A stretch of DNA of 62,724 bases, the filler included. It is 4 parts of 4 records of this genome, joined end to end, with 100 filler letters (N's around TTAATTAATTAA, not from the genome) between each part and the next. Parts side by side here need not be neighbours in the genome. Positions count along the whole stretch, not along the records: positions 10,939 to 38,490 come from SRR31156797_4998; positions 38,591 to 56,290 come from SRR31156797_5002; 2 more parts are not named here. One strand, 5' to 3'. The first letter of the stretch is position 1. Every line of letters begins with the position of its first letter. The notes beneath the pieces are model-generated. The model searched no databases and was not told where the DNA came from. It saw only the letters and a program-made list of their open reading frames with translations. The position numbers were made by a program, and so were the translations under genes. Of the stretch, positions 30,425-41,553 are shown piece by piece.

Positions 30425-31402
30425 ATGAAAATATATTTCTCAGGATCGATACGAGGAGGACAGCAAGATGCTGAACTTTATCAGGAAATCATTACAGATT
30501 TAAAACAATATGGTACTGTACTAACCGAACATATCGGAAATAAAGTACAGGATAGCAGTTTAAACGACGAAGAAATTCATAACCGTGACGTGGAGTGGCT
30601 GGAAGAATCGGATGTGGTCGTTGCCGAAGTTACCACTACATCACTGGGAGTTGGCTATGAAATTGGTCGCGCTGTTGAAATGAAAAAGCCAATTGTTTGT
30701 TTGTATAGAACCGAATATGGCAAAAATGTTTCGGCCATGATTCGTGGGTGTGCTCAGTTAAAATGTTTCGAATACAGTACGCTTGACCAAGCTAAAACAA
30801 TCCTAAAAAAACATTTTAATGCCATTAACATGAACTGGAGAGATTTCTCCTATCTAAAAAATGGGACTCCTACCCAGGTAGAGGCATACAAGTGCTTAAA
30901 CAAACTGCATATATTCGATTCTCTTCACGAATACAATCCTACGCTTACCGGAACTATTCCTATTGATATTGCGATAGATTCGAGCGATTTGGATATTGTT
31001 TGCTACTATATGGATGCAGATCGATTTGAGTCAAGAGTTGAATCTCTGTTTGGAAAGCAAAAAGAATTTACAATTGAACAAAAAGAAAAGGATGGCTATT
31101 GGGTAGTGGTTGCCCGATTTAAATTCCAAAATTTCGATATCGAAATATATGGTTCTCTTTTCCCGGTTATCTCACAAAACTCTTATCGCCATATGCTGAT
31201 AGAGGATAGAGTTTTGAAACTATTGGGAGAGGAATTTAAACAACAAGTAATTCAACTAAAAAAAGATGGATTAAAAACAGAGCCAGCTTTTGCCCAGCTT
31301 TTACAATTATCGGGTAATCCGTACGTTGAGCTTTTAAAACTTGAGTTGTACTCCGACAATAAAATCAAAGAAATGTGGGAATTAAATCCCAATCAGGCAT
31401 AA
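30425..31402 (+). CDS. Fusion of a nucleoside 2-deoxyribosyltransferase/DNPH1-like N-glycosidase and a DUF4269 nucleotidyltransferase-like domain
   Basis: N-terminal KIYFSGSIRGG and DVVVAEVTTTSLGVGYEIG; C-terminal LTGTIPIDIAIDSSDLDIVC, YRHMLIE and GLKTEPAFA. Confidence 0.75.
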   Translation: MKIYFSGSIRGGQQDAELYQEIITDLKQYGTVLTEHIGNKVQDSSLNDEEIHNRDVEWLEESDVVVAEVTTTSLGVGYEIGRAVEMKKPIVCLYRTEYGKNVSAMIRGCAQLKCFEYSTLDQAKTILKKHFNAINMNWRDFSYLKNGTPTQVEAYKCLNKLHIFDSLHEYNPTLTGTIPIDIAIDSSDLDIVCYYMDADRFESRVESLFGKQKEFTIEQKEKDGYWVVVARFKFQNFDIEIYGSLFPVISQNSYRHMLIEDRVLKLLGEEFKQQVIQLKKDGLKTEPAFAQLLQLSGNPYVELLKLELYSDNKIKEMWELNPNQA

Positions 31403-31476
31403 CTACAGATTAGGCAATGATAATAGGCTATTCGACAAATGATTTTCTGATTATTTAAAGAATAGCCTATTTTTGG

Positions 31477-31794
31477 ATGAAGAAAATTGTGAAGATGAAA
31501 GAGCAGAACTGTTGGGAATATTTTAATTGTGGTAGAGAGCCTGGAGGAGTAAACACTAATGAATTAGGAATTTGCCCAGCAAGTACATTATTACAAAACA
31601 CCGGCATAAACGGTGGAACGTACGCTGGAAGATACTGCTGGACTGTTGAAGGAACCTTGTGCGATCATAAAATACAAGGTGGTTTGGAAGACAAATTACT
31701 CTCTTGCATCAATTGTAGTTTTTTTAAACTGGTAAATCAAGAAGAGGGACGTGAGTTTATAATGCTTACCGAAGAAGTCCTCAAAAAACAATAA
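31477..31794 (+). CDS. Two-CW domain cysteine-rich protein
   Basis: NCWEYFNCGREPGG..GICPA..GRYCWTVEGTLC..CINCSFF; seven Cys. Confidence 0.75.
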   Translation: MKKIVKMKEQNCWEYFNCGREPGGVNTNELGICPASTLLQNTGINGGTYAGRYCWTVEGTLCDHKIQGGLEDKLLSCINCSFFKLVNQEEGREFIMLTEEVLKKQ

Positions 31795-31919
31795 AAGACG
31801 AAAATATCCTATTTAAGTCAATTCAAAATCACAATCCATCAATCAAAGTTGAGAAAAGATTTGTTTTTAGTATCTTACTTTCACTTTTTTAAGAGGATAG
31901 GCTACCAATTGGATAAAGT

Positions 31920-33032
31920 ATGATGGATTTTTCTAAGATTATTCAAAATAATATTTCGGTACAGACATTACTAAAGTCAATTTCGGAAGGCGTTATATTC
32001 ATTAATAAACGAGGACAAATTGTTTTTGTCAACTCTAAAACTCTTCAGTTATTTCAATTCGAAGAAAATGAAATAATTGGACAAAATATCGATATTCTTA
32101 TTCCTGATCGATATAAGAATAATCATGGAAATCATATTAAATCCTACTTCACAAACCCTAAAAATCGCTCTATGGGCGATTCAAATTCCAGGCTTTTAGC
32201 AAAAAGAAAAAATGGTGATGAATTTCCCGTTGAGATCAGCTTAAGCTATATTAATTCGGGTAAGGATTTATTTGCAATGGCATTTATTACCGATATCACG
32301 GCAAGAGTCAAAATTGAAAATGAATTGCAGCAAAGAAATCTGGAATTGGATGCTTATGCTCATACTGTAGCTCATGATTTGCAATCACAATTAAACAGCA
32401 TTATTGGCTTTGGACAAATTTTGCTAAACAAAAATAATCTGACTGAAGAAAAAAGAAATTACATCACCGAATTGATTGTTGCCAATGGCACCAAAATGAG
32501 CAATATTATTCGGGAAATTCTGTTTTATGCCAATCGAAAAAAAGAAGATATCGAAATTTCAGAATTGGATATGAATACAATTGTTGATGAAGCCATTCAA
32601 CGAATCAATCCTTCCGAAAGAAAAAATATCGAAATAAAAATTTCTCCTCAACTTGATACTTCATATGGTTGTGCTCCTTTAATTGAAGAAGTTTGGTACA
32701 ATTACATTCGTAATGCAATTCGATATGGGGGAAATCCACCAAAAATTGAAATTGGAAGTACTAAAAAAGACAATGGATACAATAAGTTTTGGATAAAAGA
32801 CAATGGCAAAGGATTAAACGAATATCAAATAAAATTCATTTTCTCGGATCCTCAGAAAATGGGTGAAGGCATAGTTAAAGGCAATGGTTTAGGATTGTCC
32901 ATTGTTCAGCGCATTGTAAAAAGACTAGATGGCTGGGTTTATGTAGAAAGTGAAATAGGAAAAGGCAGTAAGTTTAGCTTTTATTTGCCTACAAGTATGC
33001 CCGAAGAAAATAAAAATGGTCGATTAAAATAA
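31920..33032 (+). CDS. Soluble PAS-domain histidine kinase
   Basis: FixL-like PAS (LIPDRYKNNHGNHIKSY..RSMG..KRKNGDEFPVEISLS), H-box VAHDL, N/G boxes NAIRY, DNGKG and GNGLGLSIV. Confidence 0.85.
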   Translation: MMDFSKIIQNNISVQTLLKSISEGVIFINKRGQIVFVNSKTLQLFQFEENEIIGQNIDILIPDRYKNNHGNHIKSYFTNPKNRSMGDSNSRLLAKRKNGDEFPVEISLSYINSGKDLFAMAFITDITARVKIENELQQRNLELDAYAHTVAHDLQSQLNSIIGFGQILLNKNNLTEEKRNYITELIVANGTKMSNIIREILFYANRKKEDIEISELDMNTIVDEAIQRINPSERKNIEIKISPQLDTSYGCAPLIEEVWYNYIRNAIRYGGNPPKIEIGSTKKDNGYNKFWIKDNGKGLNEYQIKFIFSDPQKMGEGIVKGNGLGLSIVQRIVKRLDGWVYVESEIGKGSKFSFYLPTSMPEENKNGRLK

Positions 33033-33040
33033 CCGACCAT
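33016..33040. terminator. Hairpin at the junction of convergent genes
   Basis: ATGGTCGATT...AACCGACCAT inverted repeat overlapping the kinase stop codon. Confidence 0.5.
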
Positions 33041-33051
33041 CTGAATCTATT

Positions 33052-34443
33052 TTAAAGCTGTTTTAGCAACTCTCTTGCAATTACAACTCCATTTACCGAA
33101 GCTTGCATTAATCCACGTGTTATACCTGCACCATCACCACCTAAGTAAAGATTCTTTACCGATGTTGATTGGAAACTTTCATCCACTTTTGTGATATTGC
33201 TATAAAATTTCACCTCTACACCATACAATAATGTTTCATCTGATGCCAAACCTGGTGTCACTTTATCCAAAGCATAAATCATCTCTTCAATATCCTTTAA
33301 AATACGATGAGGCAATACCAAACTTAAATCCCCCGGAACTGCATCTTTTAAAGTTGGAATGATATTGTTACGATACAATCGCTTTGATGTAGTTCTTCTT
33401 CCACGTACCAAATCACCAAATCGCTGTACCAAAATCTGATTGTTGGTTAGCATATTTGCCAATCGTGCAATATGTTTTCCATACTCAATTGGTGCTCGAA
33501 AGGGTTCTGTAAACTTCTGAGAAACCAAAAGTGCAAAATTGGTATTGTCGCTTTTCAGATCCTTAAAGCTATGACCATTCACTACCGCAAGGTTGTCATC
33601 GTAATACTCCGATGATACAAAACCACCAGGATTACTACAGAAAGTTCGAACCTTATCGTCGAAAGTTTGGGTATAATGAATCAATTTTGCTTCATAGAAA
33701 TTGTCATTGATATCTTGCATGATTTCATTGCGACACTCCACACGAACACCTATATCAACTACTCCTACTTCGGTTGATATGCTCTCCTTACTACACTCTT
33801 TCATCAACCAATCTGCACCATCGCGACCAACTGAAACCATTACCAAATCACCGTAATAAGTTCCTTTACCATTCTTCACTCCCTTAATGGTATCTCCATC
33901 CAAAATAAGACTTTCAACAGCACAATTAAATCGAACATCAACTCCTTTGTCAATCACATAATCGTACAACTTTCGATAAAGATCCTGAGCCTTTTCAGTA
34001 CCCAAATGACGAACCGGACAATGAACCAATTTCAAATTGGACTCAATTGCCTTTCGGCGAATGGTTTCCATTTCAGGCGTTAATTTTTCTCCATGAATAT
34101 CTGTAGCGGCTCCAAACTCCAAATAAATATCATCGGTATAGCGAATCAACTCAATGGTTTCTTCCACTCCTAAATACTCTGGTAGGGTTCCTCCCACTTC
34201 GTGAGAAAGAGATAGTTTTCCATCCGAAAAAGCTCCTGCTCCTGCCCAACCTGTTGTAATACTACATGGCTTGCAATGTACACAAGTTCCACCATTGGTG
34301 TGTTTCGGGCAATTCCTCTTGTCCATACCTCTTCCCTTTTCAAGGATAAGGATTTTTAAATCACTTCTGCTTTTTACTAATTCGTAAGCACAAAAAATAC
34401 CGGCTGGACCGGCTCCGACAATAATCACATCGTATTTTTCCAT
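33052..34443 (-). CDS. NAD(P)/FAD-dependent oxidoreductase (COG2509-like) with N-terminal Cys cluster
   Basis: IIVGAGPAG, C-x7-CxxCxxC, GAGAFSDGKL, RTFCSNPGG and GDGAGITRGL motifs. Confidence 0.8.
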   Translation of the reverse strand: MEKYDVIIVGAGPAGIFCAYELVKSRSDLKILILEKGRGMDKRNCPKHTNGGTCVHCKPCSITTGWAGAGAFSDGKLSLSHEVGGTLPEYLGVEETIELIRYTDDIYLEFGAATDIHGEKLTPEMETIRRKAIESNLKLVHCPVRHLGTEKAQDLYRKLYDYVIDKGVDVRFNCAVESLILDGDTIKGVKNGKGTYYGDLVMVSVGRDGADWLMKECSKESISTEVGVVDIGVRVECRNEIMQDINDNFYEAKLIHYTQTFDDKVRTFCSNPGGFVSSEYYDDNLAVVNGHSFKDLKSDNTNFALLVSQKFTEPFRAPIEYGKHIARLANMLTNNQILVQRFGDLVRGRRTTSKRLYRNNIIPTLKDAVPGDLSLVLPHRILKDIEEMIYALDKVTPGLASDETLLYGVEVKFYSNITKVDESFQSTSVKNLYLGGDGAGITRGLMQASVNGVVIARELLKQL

Positions 34444-34570
34444 ACGTTTTATTTTATTTTTAAAGATTAATGCGGCTTACCATTTTTTCTAAAGGCAAAC
34501 TTTTAAAAGTAGGCATTCTTTTTAAAAAAATTGCCTCTCTTTCTTTATATCCATTTTAAATTTCGGTCAC

Positions 34571-34598
34571 AAAAAAACCGGAACATTGAATGCTCCGG
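34571..34598 (-). terminator. Intrinsic terminator after dsbD
   Basis: Minus strand CCGGAGCATTCAATGTTCCGG followed by T7. Confidence 0.75.
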
Positions 34599-34620
34599 CT
34601 GGTATTGTTTTAATTGTAAT

Positions 34621-36606
34621 TTATCTTTTTGCAAATTCTTTTTTTCCATTTTCCAGGAACTCAAGAAATGCATCTGCATTTAAATCGTAAGCTCTTGGTG
34701 TAACCAAACTGTTCTCCTGATGATCCATCAGCACATAATACGGTTGAGCATTCACACCAAAACGAGCAATCTGGAAATCGGCATATTTTTTACCTAAGGT
34801 CTTTTTCACCTTTCCATCGTATGTCGAAGTAACCCAATCCGACTCTGGTAATTTCTGCTTATCATCTACATAAAGTGCAATAATCACATAATCTTCCCGA
34901 AGCACTTTCTGTACACGAGCATCGGACCATACATTGGCTTCCATTTCACGACAGTTCACACATCCATGTCCAGTAAAATCAATGAATACCGGTTTATTTT
35001 GTTCTTTAGCACATGCTAGCCCCTGCTCAAAATCAAAATACCCTTTTAATCCGTGAGGCAAATGTAATTTATCTGCATATTTGGGTGTTTCACACACACC
35101 ATCATCCTTCGCATTATACGAGGCTCCTGACTGATCACGAACAATTGCAGCCAAATCGAAATCATGAGTAGTTTGCGGTGGCAAATATCCAGAAATCGCT
35201 TTTAATGGCGCACCAAACATTCCCGGAATCATATAAACTACAAAAGAGAATGAGATGATAGACAGCATCAATCGTGGCACAGAGACATATTTTACTTCGC
35301 TATCGTGACTGAATTTTAATTTTCCTAATAAATAGAATCCCATTAAAGTGAAAATCACAATCCAGATTCCCAAATAAATTTCACGATCTAATATTCCCCA
35401 ATGGTAAGTCTGGTCAGCAATACTTAAGAATTTTAAACCTAAAGCCAACTCCAGAAATCCTAAAACTACTTTAACCGAATTTAACCATCCGCCCGACTTA
35501 GGTAAGTTGTTTAACCACGACGGGAAAATTGCGAATAACGTAAATGGAAGTGCGAATGCTAATGAGAATCCAAACATCCCAACAATTGGTTCTAAAACCT
35601 CTCCACCAGCGGATTTAACCAATATAGATCCTACAATTGGTCCTGTACATGAGAAAGAAACCAATACCAATGTAAATGCCATAAAGAACGAACCTGCAAT
35701 TCCACCTTTATCTTCGTTTGCTACTGATTTATTCACCAACCAACCTGGCATGGTAATTTCGAACATTCCGAAGAATGAAAAAGCAAAAATGAAGAAAATA
35801 GCAAAGAAAATAACATTAGGAATCCAATGAGTACTAAGCCAGTTTGCAAAATCTGCTCCTAATGTAATTGCTACTATTGTACCAATAATTGTATAAATAC
35901 CAATGATAGATATTCCGTAAAATACAGCGTTAAAAATTGCTTTTCTTCGGTTCTCAGAACTGTGCATAAAAAATGACACAGTCATTGGAATCATAGGAAA
36001 TACACATGGTGTTAGCAAGGCGATTAATCCAAATACAAAGGCTCCAAAAAACAATCCCCATAATGATGAATACTCTTTGTGAGGATTCTTCATTGGGTTG
36101 CTTTTTTCCTTAACTGGTTTATCTGCAACAACTTCAGCTTCTTTCCCTTTGTTAATTTTAAAATCAAAATCAGGAGTAAATAGAACACATTCACCTTCTC
36201 TACAAGTTTGGTATTCCATTTCACCAGAAATGGTGAAAGCTGACTCGTTTAGAACTTTAACTCGTTGTTTTAAAATTGCCTCACCTGCAAAATACTGAAT
36301 ATCCATTTCGAAAATATCATCGTATTCGGTTTTGGCTTTTGTAATTTCTTCAACTTCTCCTACTCTCTCGTAGTTAGCCGATTCATTAAAAATAAAGCTA
36401 AGACGAATCGGACCACCATCCTCAAAATGCTGGGAGTACAAATGCCACTCATTGTCTATTGTAGCTTTAAATACCAAATCAACTTCAGTATCACTAATTT
36501 TTTCAGTTGAAAAATCCCAGGATACGGTTTCAAGAATTTGTGCTTGACTTGAAATAATACCGGTAAGGAAAATCCCCAGGAATAATGCAAGAATTTTTTG
36601 TTTCAT
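34621..36606 (-). CDS. dsbD: Protein-disulfide reductase DsbD family
   Basis: Signal peptide from ATG 36606, WHLYSQ, LTPCVFPMIP, SCTGPI, LPKSGGW and thioredoxin GCVNC. Confidence 0.9.
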   Translation of the reverse strand: MKQKILALFLGIFLTGIISSQAQILETVSWDFSTEKISDTEVDLVFKATIDNEWHLYSQHFEDGGPIRLSFIFNESANYERVGEVEEITKAKTEYDDIFEMDIQYFAGEAILKQRVKVLNESAFTISGEMEYQTCREGECVLFTPDFDFKINKGKEAEVVADKPVKEKSNPMKNPHKEYSSLWGLFFGAFVFGLIALLTPCVFPMIPMTVSFFMHSSENRRKAIFNAVFYGISIIGIYTIIGTIVAITLGADFANWLSTHWIPNVIFFAIFFIFAFSFFGMFEITMPGWLVNKSVANEDKGGIAGSFFMAFTLVLVSFSCTGPIVGSILVKSAGGEVLEPIVGMFGFSLAFALPFTLFAIFPSWLNNLPKSGGWLNSVKVVLGFLELALGLKFLSIADQTYHWGILDREIYLGIWIVIFTLMGFYLLGKLKFSHDSEVKYVSVPRLMLSIISFSFVVYMIPGMFGAPLKAISGYLPPQTTHDFDLAAIVRDQSGASYNAKDDGVCETPKYADKLHLPHGLKGYFDFEQGLACAKEQNKPVFIDFTGHGCVNCREMEANVWSDARVQKVLREDYVIIALYVDDKQKLPESDWVTSTYDGKVKKTLGKKYADFQIARFGVNAQPYYVLMDHQENSLVTPRAYDLNADAFLEFLENGKKEFAKR

Positions 36607-36732
36607 AAGGTTTTGTTTTGTTGCTTTTAACACCCACAAAATTAGCATTATATAGCAGCCATACAAAACAAGAACAACCTCTTAACATATTTTTAAGAAG
36701 TTGCACATTACATCAAACTCAATACATGAAAT

Positions 36733-38286
36733 TTACAGCTTAATTTCGCTGTTATTTTTATCGAAGAATTTGTACCCTAAGAGGTCATATGAAGGAATTT
36801 CAAGAATATTTAGCTTAATTCCCAATTGAGATTGCCATTGTCGACGCAAAGTTTTCCAAAATCCTTTATTAATGTATGCTGCAACAAAAGGATGAACTTT
36901 TATTGTTATTTTCTTTTCATCACTTTGCTCAACTACTAATTTAAGTCTTTGTTCTATTTGATCGGTAAGCAATACTGCTGGAGAAATTTTACCTGATCCT
37001 AAACAAGTAGGACAAGTTTCCTGGATTTCAATATTCATCTCAGGACGCACTCTCTGGCGAGTTATCTGCATCAAACCAAACTTACTTAATGGTAAGATAT
37101 TGTGTTTGGTTCTGTCCTGACTCATGATTTCTTTCATGCGTTCGAAAACCTTCTGACGGTTTTCAGCTGCATGCATATCAATAAAATCGACAACAATAAT
37201 TCCACCCATATCACGCAAGCGAAGTTGACGAGCAATTTCATCTGCAGCGGCAAGATTCACTTCAACAGCATTTGTTTCCTGATCGTTTCCTGCTTTCGAG
37301 CGATTTCCACTATTCACATCAATAACATGCAAAGCTTCTGTATGTTCTATAATCAGATAAGCACCATTCTTAAATGAAACCGTTTTTCCGAAAGAAGATT
37401 TTATTTGTTTATCAACTCCCAGTTGATCAAAAATAGGCACATCACCAGTGATATGCTTTACAATTTTCGATTTTTCAGGAGCTATTCCAGCAATGTAATT
37501 TTTTATAGATTTAGCTGCACTTGCATCATTAACGTAGATATTCTCAAATGAAGAATTCAGTATATCACGCAAAATAGCCGTCGTTCTATCCATCTCCCCC
37601 AAAACCAGTTGTGGAGGATTCATATCCCTAATGTGCAAAAAGCTTTCCTCCCATTTCTCAACCAATGATCTCAATTCCTGATCTAACTCTGCTACACGTT
37701 TGCCTTCGGCAACCGTACGCACAATTATTCCGTAATTTTTTGGTTTGATACTTTGAAGTAATTGCTTCAAACGATTCTTCTCTTCGGTAGATTTGATTTT
37801 CTGTGAAATAGAAACCTTATCAGAGAAAGGCATCAGGACGATATTACGTCCGGCGATAGATATTTCTGAACAAAGCCTCGGTCCTTTTGTGGAGATTGGC
37901 TCTTTAGCCACTTGAACAAGTATGTATTGACCTGATTTTACTACATCAGCAATTTTACCATTCTTGTCGATATCTTGTTCCAATCTCATTTTAGAGATAG
38001 ACAAGTTACGCCCTTTACGAGCAAGTGCCTGTTGTAAAAATTTATTTAGAGAACGAAACTGATGTCCTAGATCCAGATAATGAAGGAAAGCATCTTTTTC
38101 ATACCCAACATCAACAAATGCTGCATTTAAGCCAGGCATAATCTTTTTCACTTTTCCCAAATATATGTCTCCTACCGCAAACTGAAGATTACTTTTCTCT
38201 CTAGTTAACTCAACCAACTGTCGGTTGCTTAATAGAGCAATTACAATTTCATTAGGGTTTACATCAATTACTAGCTCGTTACTCAC
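36733..38286 (-). CDS. rng: Ribonuclease E/G family (Rng)
   Basis: S1 domain GLNAAFVDVG, KEPISTKGPRL, VIDVNSG and RLRDMGGIIVVDFIDM motifs. Confidence 0.92.
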   Translation of the reverse strand: MSNELVIDVNPNEIVIALLSNRQLVELTREKSNLQFAVGDIYLGKVKKIMPGLNAAFVDVGYEKDAFLHYLDLGHQFRSLNKFLQQALARKGRNLSISKMRLEQDIDKNGKIADVVKSGQYILVQVAKEPISTKGPRLCSEISIAGRNIVLMPFSDKVSISQKIKSTEEKNRLKQLLQSIKPKNYGIIVRTVAEGKRVAELDQELRSLVEKWEESFLHIRDMNPPQLVLGEMDRTTAILRDILNSSFENIYVNDASAAKSIKNYIAGIAPEKSKIVKHITGDVPIFDQLGVDKQIKSSFGKTVSFKNGAYLIIEHTEALHVIDVNSGNRSKAGNDQETNAVEVNLAAADEIARQLRLRDMGGIIVVDFIDMHAAENRQKVFERMKEIMSQDRTKHNILPLSKFGLMQITRQRVRPEMNIEIQETCPTCLGSGKISPAVLLTDQIEQRLKLVVEQSDEKKITIKVHPFVAAYINKGFWKTLRRQWQSQLGIKLNILEIPSYDLLGYKFFDKNNSEIKL

Positions 38287-38405
38287 TATAAATTCTTCTT
38301 ATTTTTATTAAAGGTAATCAGTTCTTACAAATAGATAAACCTAAAGTACTAAAAAGTTCTTTAGGTTTATTTATTTTCGTTCTTACAAACAAGCAATTAA
38401 GAAAA

Positions 38406-38490
38406 CTATTTCTTCTTCTTATGACGATTTTTTCTTAATCTTTTCTTACGCTTGTGCGTAGCCATCTTATGTCTTTTTCTTTTCTTTCCG
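38406..38490 (-). CDS. Small ribosomal protein bS22 (mS38/COX24-like), 5'-truncated at contig end and missing from the ORF track
   Basis: Reads GKKRKRHKMATHKRKKRLRKNRHKKKK*, matching the Bacteroidota bS22 pattern. Confidence 0.85.
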
Positions 38491-38590
38491 NNNNNNNNNN
38501 NNNNNNNNNNNNNNNNNNNNNNNNNNNNNNNNNNTTAATTAATTAANNNNNNNNNNNNNNNNNNNNNNNNNNNNNNNNNNNNNNNNNNNN
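38491..38590. other. Artificial contig spacer
   Basis: 44 N + TTAATTAATTAA + 44 N. Confidence 0.98.
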
Positions 38591-40201
<1,611 letters not shown>

Positions 40202-40205
40202 TTCT

Positions 40206-40751
40206 GTGAACTACTTTAAAAAACTTAGAATATTGATTGGTGCATTTTTACTTAGAAGAAAATTGAAAAATATTAAACGAACACCAATTATATGTAACGT
40301 AGATAATGCAAAAAGTATTGGTATTGTTTTCAATTCCAGCAAAAAGGAAGATATGGCCTCTATTAAAAAGTTGGAGACTATGTTTAAACAAAAAAACATT
40401 CTTTTTGAAGTATTGGGCTATATTCCATCCAAGCATAAACCTGATGAACTAATTGGAGACAGCCATCATCACTATATTTGTTTAAAGGATTTCAATTGGC
40501 TTTTTCAACCCAAAAGCGAACTTATTCATCAATTTATTCAAAAGGATTTTGACATTCTTATCGATCTTTATCAGGAAGATGAATTTCCGATTGAATATAT
40601 TTTAAAAATATCACAAGCCCGTTTTAAAGTTGGATGTGCTCATGTAAATAACGAATTGCATGATTTAATGATTGATGTTGAAAAGAAAAAAGATGATGCT
40701 ACTTATTTGAGTGAGCAGATTTTACACTATTTAAGCATGCTGAACAATTAA
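40206..40751 (+). CDS. Conserved Bacteroidota hypothetical protein (DUF6913-like)
   Basis: KSIGIVF, FDILIDL, SQARFKVG and DLMID pattern; usual ligA neighbour. Confidence 0.6.
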   Translation: MNYFKKLRILIGAFLLRRKLKNIKRTPIICNVDNAKSIGIVFNSSKKEDMASIKKLETMFKQKNILFEVLGYIPSKHKPDELIGDSHHHYICLKDFNWLFQPKSELIHQFIQKDFDILIDLYQEDEFPIEYILKISQARFKVGCAHVNNELHDLMIDVEKKKDDATYLSEQILHYLSMLNN

Positions 40752-40752
40752 C

Positions 40753-40768
40753 TGGCACGAAAATTGAA
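40753..40768 (+). promoter_or_regulatory. Sigma-54 (-24/-12) promoter candidate for the lpoB operon
   Basis: TGGCACGAAAATTGAA; GG and the -12 dinucleotide are 12 nt apart. Confidence 0.55.
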
Positions 40769-40863
40769 ATTTCATACGAGCTTAAAAATAGAATATTAAA
40801 CATCGAAATATAGCTTATCAATAAAATTGATACAAAACCAGTAAAACCTAAAAACACAAGCAC

Positions 40864-41451
40864 ATGAAAACAAAATTATTAAGTTCATTTGTACTATTAG
40901 CCATCTTTTTTGCAGCCTGTTCTAGTCATAAAGTTGAGAGAGTATCACCAGATGAAGCCATCGACTTAAGCGGCAGATGGAATGATACTGATTCTAAAAT
41001 GGTTGCCGATGCTATGGTTGACCAAATTCTTTCCGGAGCCTGGATTGACAATTACCAGAAAGATAATGACGGCAAAAAACCTGTCGTGGTAGTGGGTTTA
41101 ATTTATAACAAATCTCATGAGCACATTAACTCTGGAACTTTTGTTAAAGATGTTGAGCGTGCTTTTATTAATAGTGGTCGTGTTCGATTAGTTCAGGCCG
41201 GAGATAAACGCGAAGAATTAAGAACAGAAAGAGCTGCTCAGCAAGAATTCGCCTCAATGGAAACTGCTAAACAATGGGGTAAAGAATTAGGTGCTGATTT
41301 TATGCTGAACGGCGATATTAATTCTATTGTAGACACCTATAAAAAAGAGCGTGTTAACTTTTACAAAACTAATTTAGAATTATCCAATCTGGAAACCAAC
41401 GAAATTGTTTGGATTGGAGATAAAGAGATTAAAAAATATATAAACAAATAA
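40864..41451 (+). CDS. lpoB: Penicillin-binding protein activator LpoB family lipoprotein
   Basis: Lipobox FAAC, DLSGRWNDTD, NKSHEHI, LGADFMLNGDI and IVWIG motifs. Confidence 0.78.
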   Translation: MKTKLLSSFVLLAIFFAACSSHKVERVSPDEAIDLSGRWNDTDSKMVADAMVDQILSGAWIDNYQKDNDGKKPVVVVGLIYNKSHEHINSGTFVKDVERAFINSGRVRLVQAGDKREELRTERAAQQEFASMETAKQWGKELGADFMLNGDINSIVDTYKKERVNFYKTNLELSNLETNEIVWIGDKEIKKYINK

Positions 41452-41553
41452 AATAAGGCATATCCGAAGCTATTATTCACTTCGGATATGCATTTTCTTC
41501 CTAATAAAATAGCACTGTTTATCACATTCCTTTCACACCTCACATCTTTACCT

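Noticed and set aside
34468-34517. Possible three-way-junction riboswitch upstream of the FAD oxidoreductase (AATGC/GCATT enclosing two small hairpins on the - strand)
   Set aside because: Stems are short and AT-rich and match no riboswitch consensus I recognise; it would need covariation evidence.
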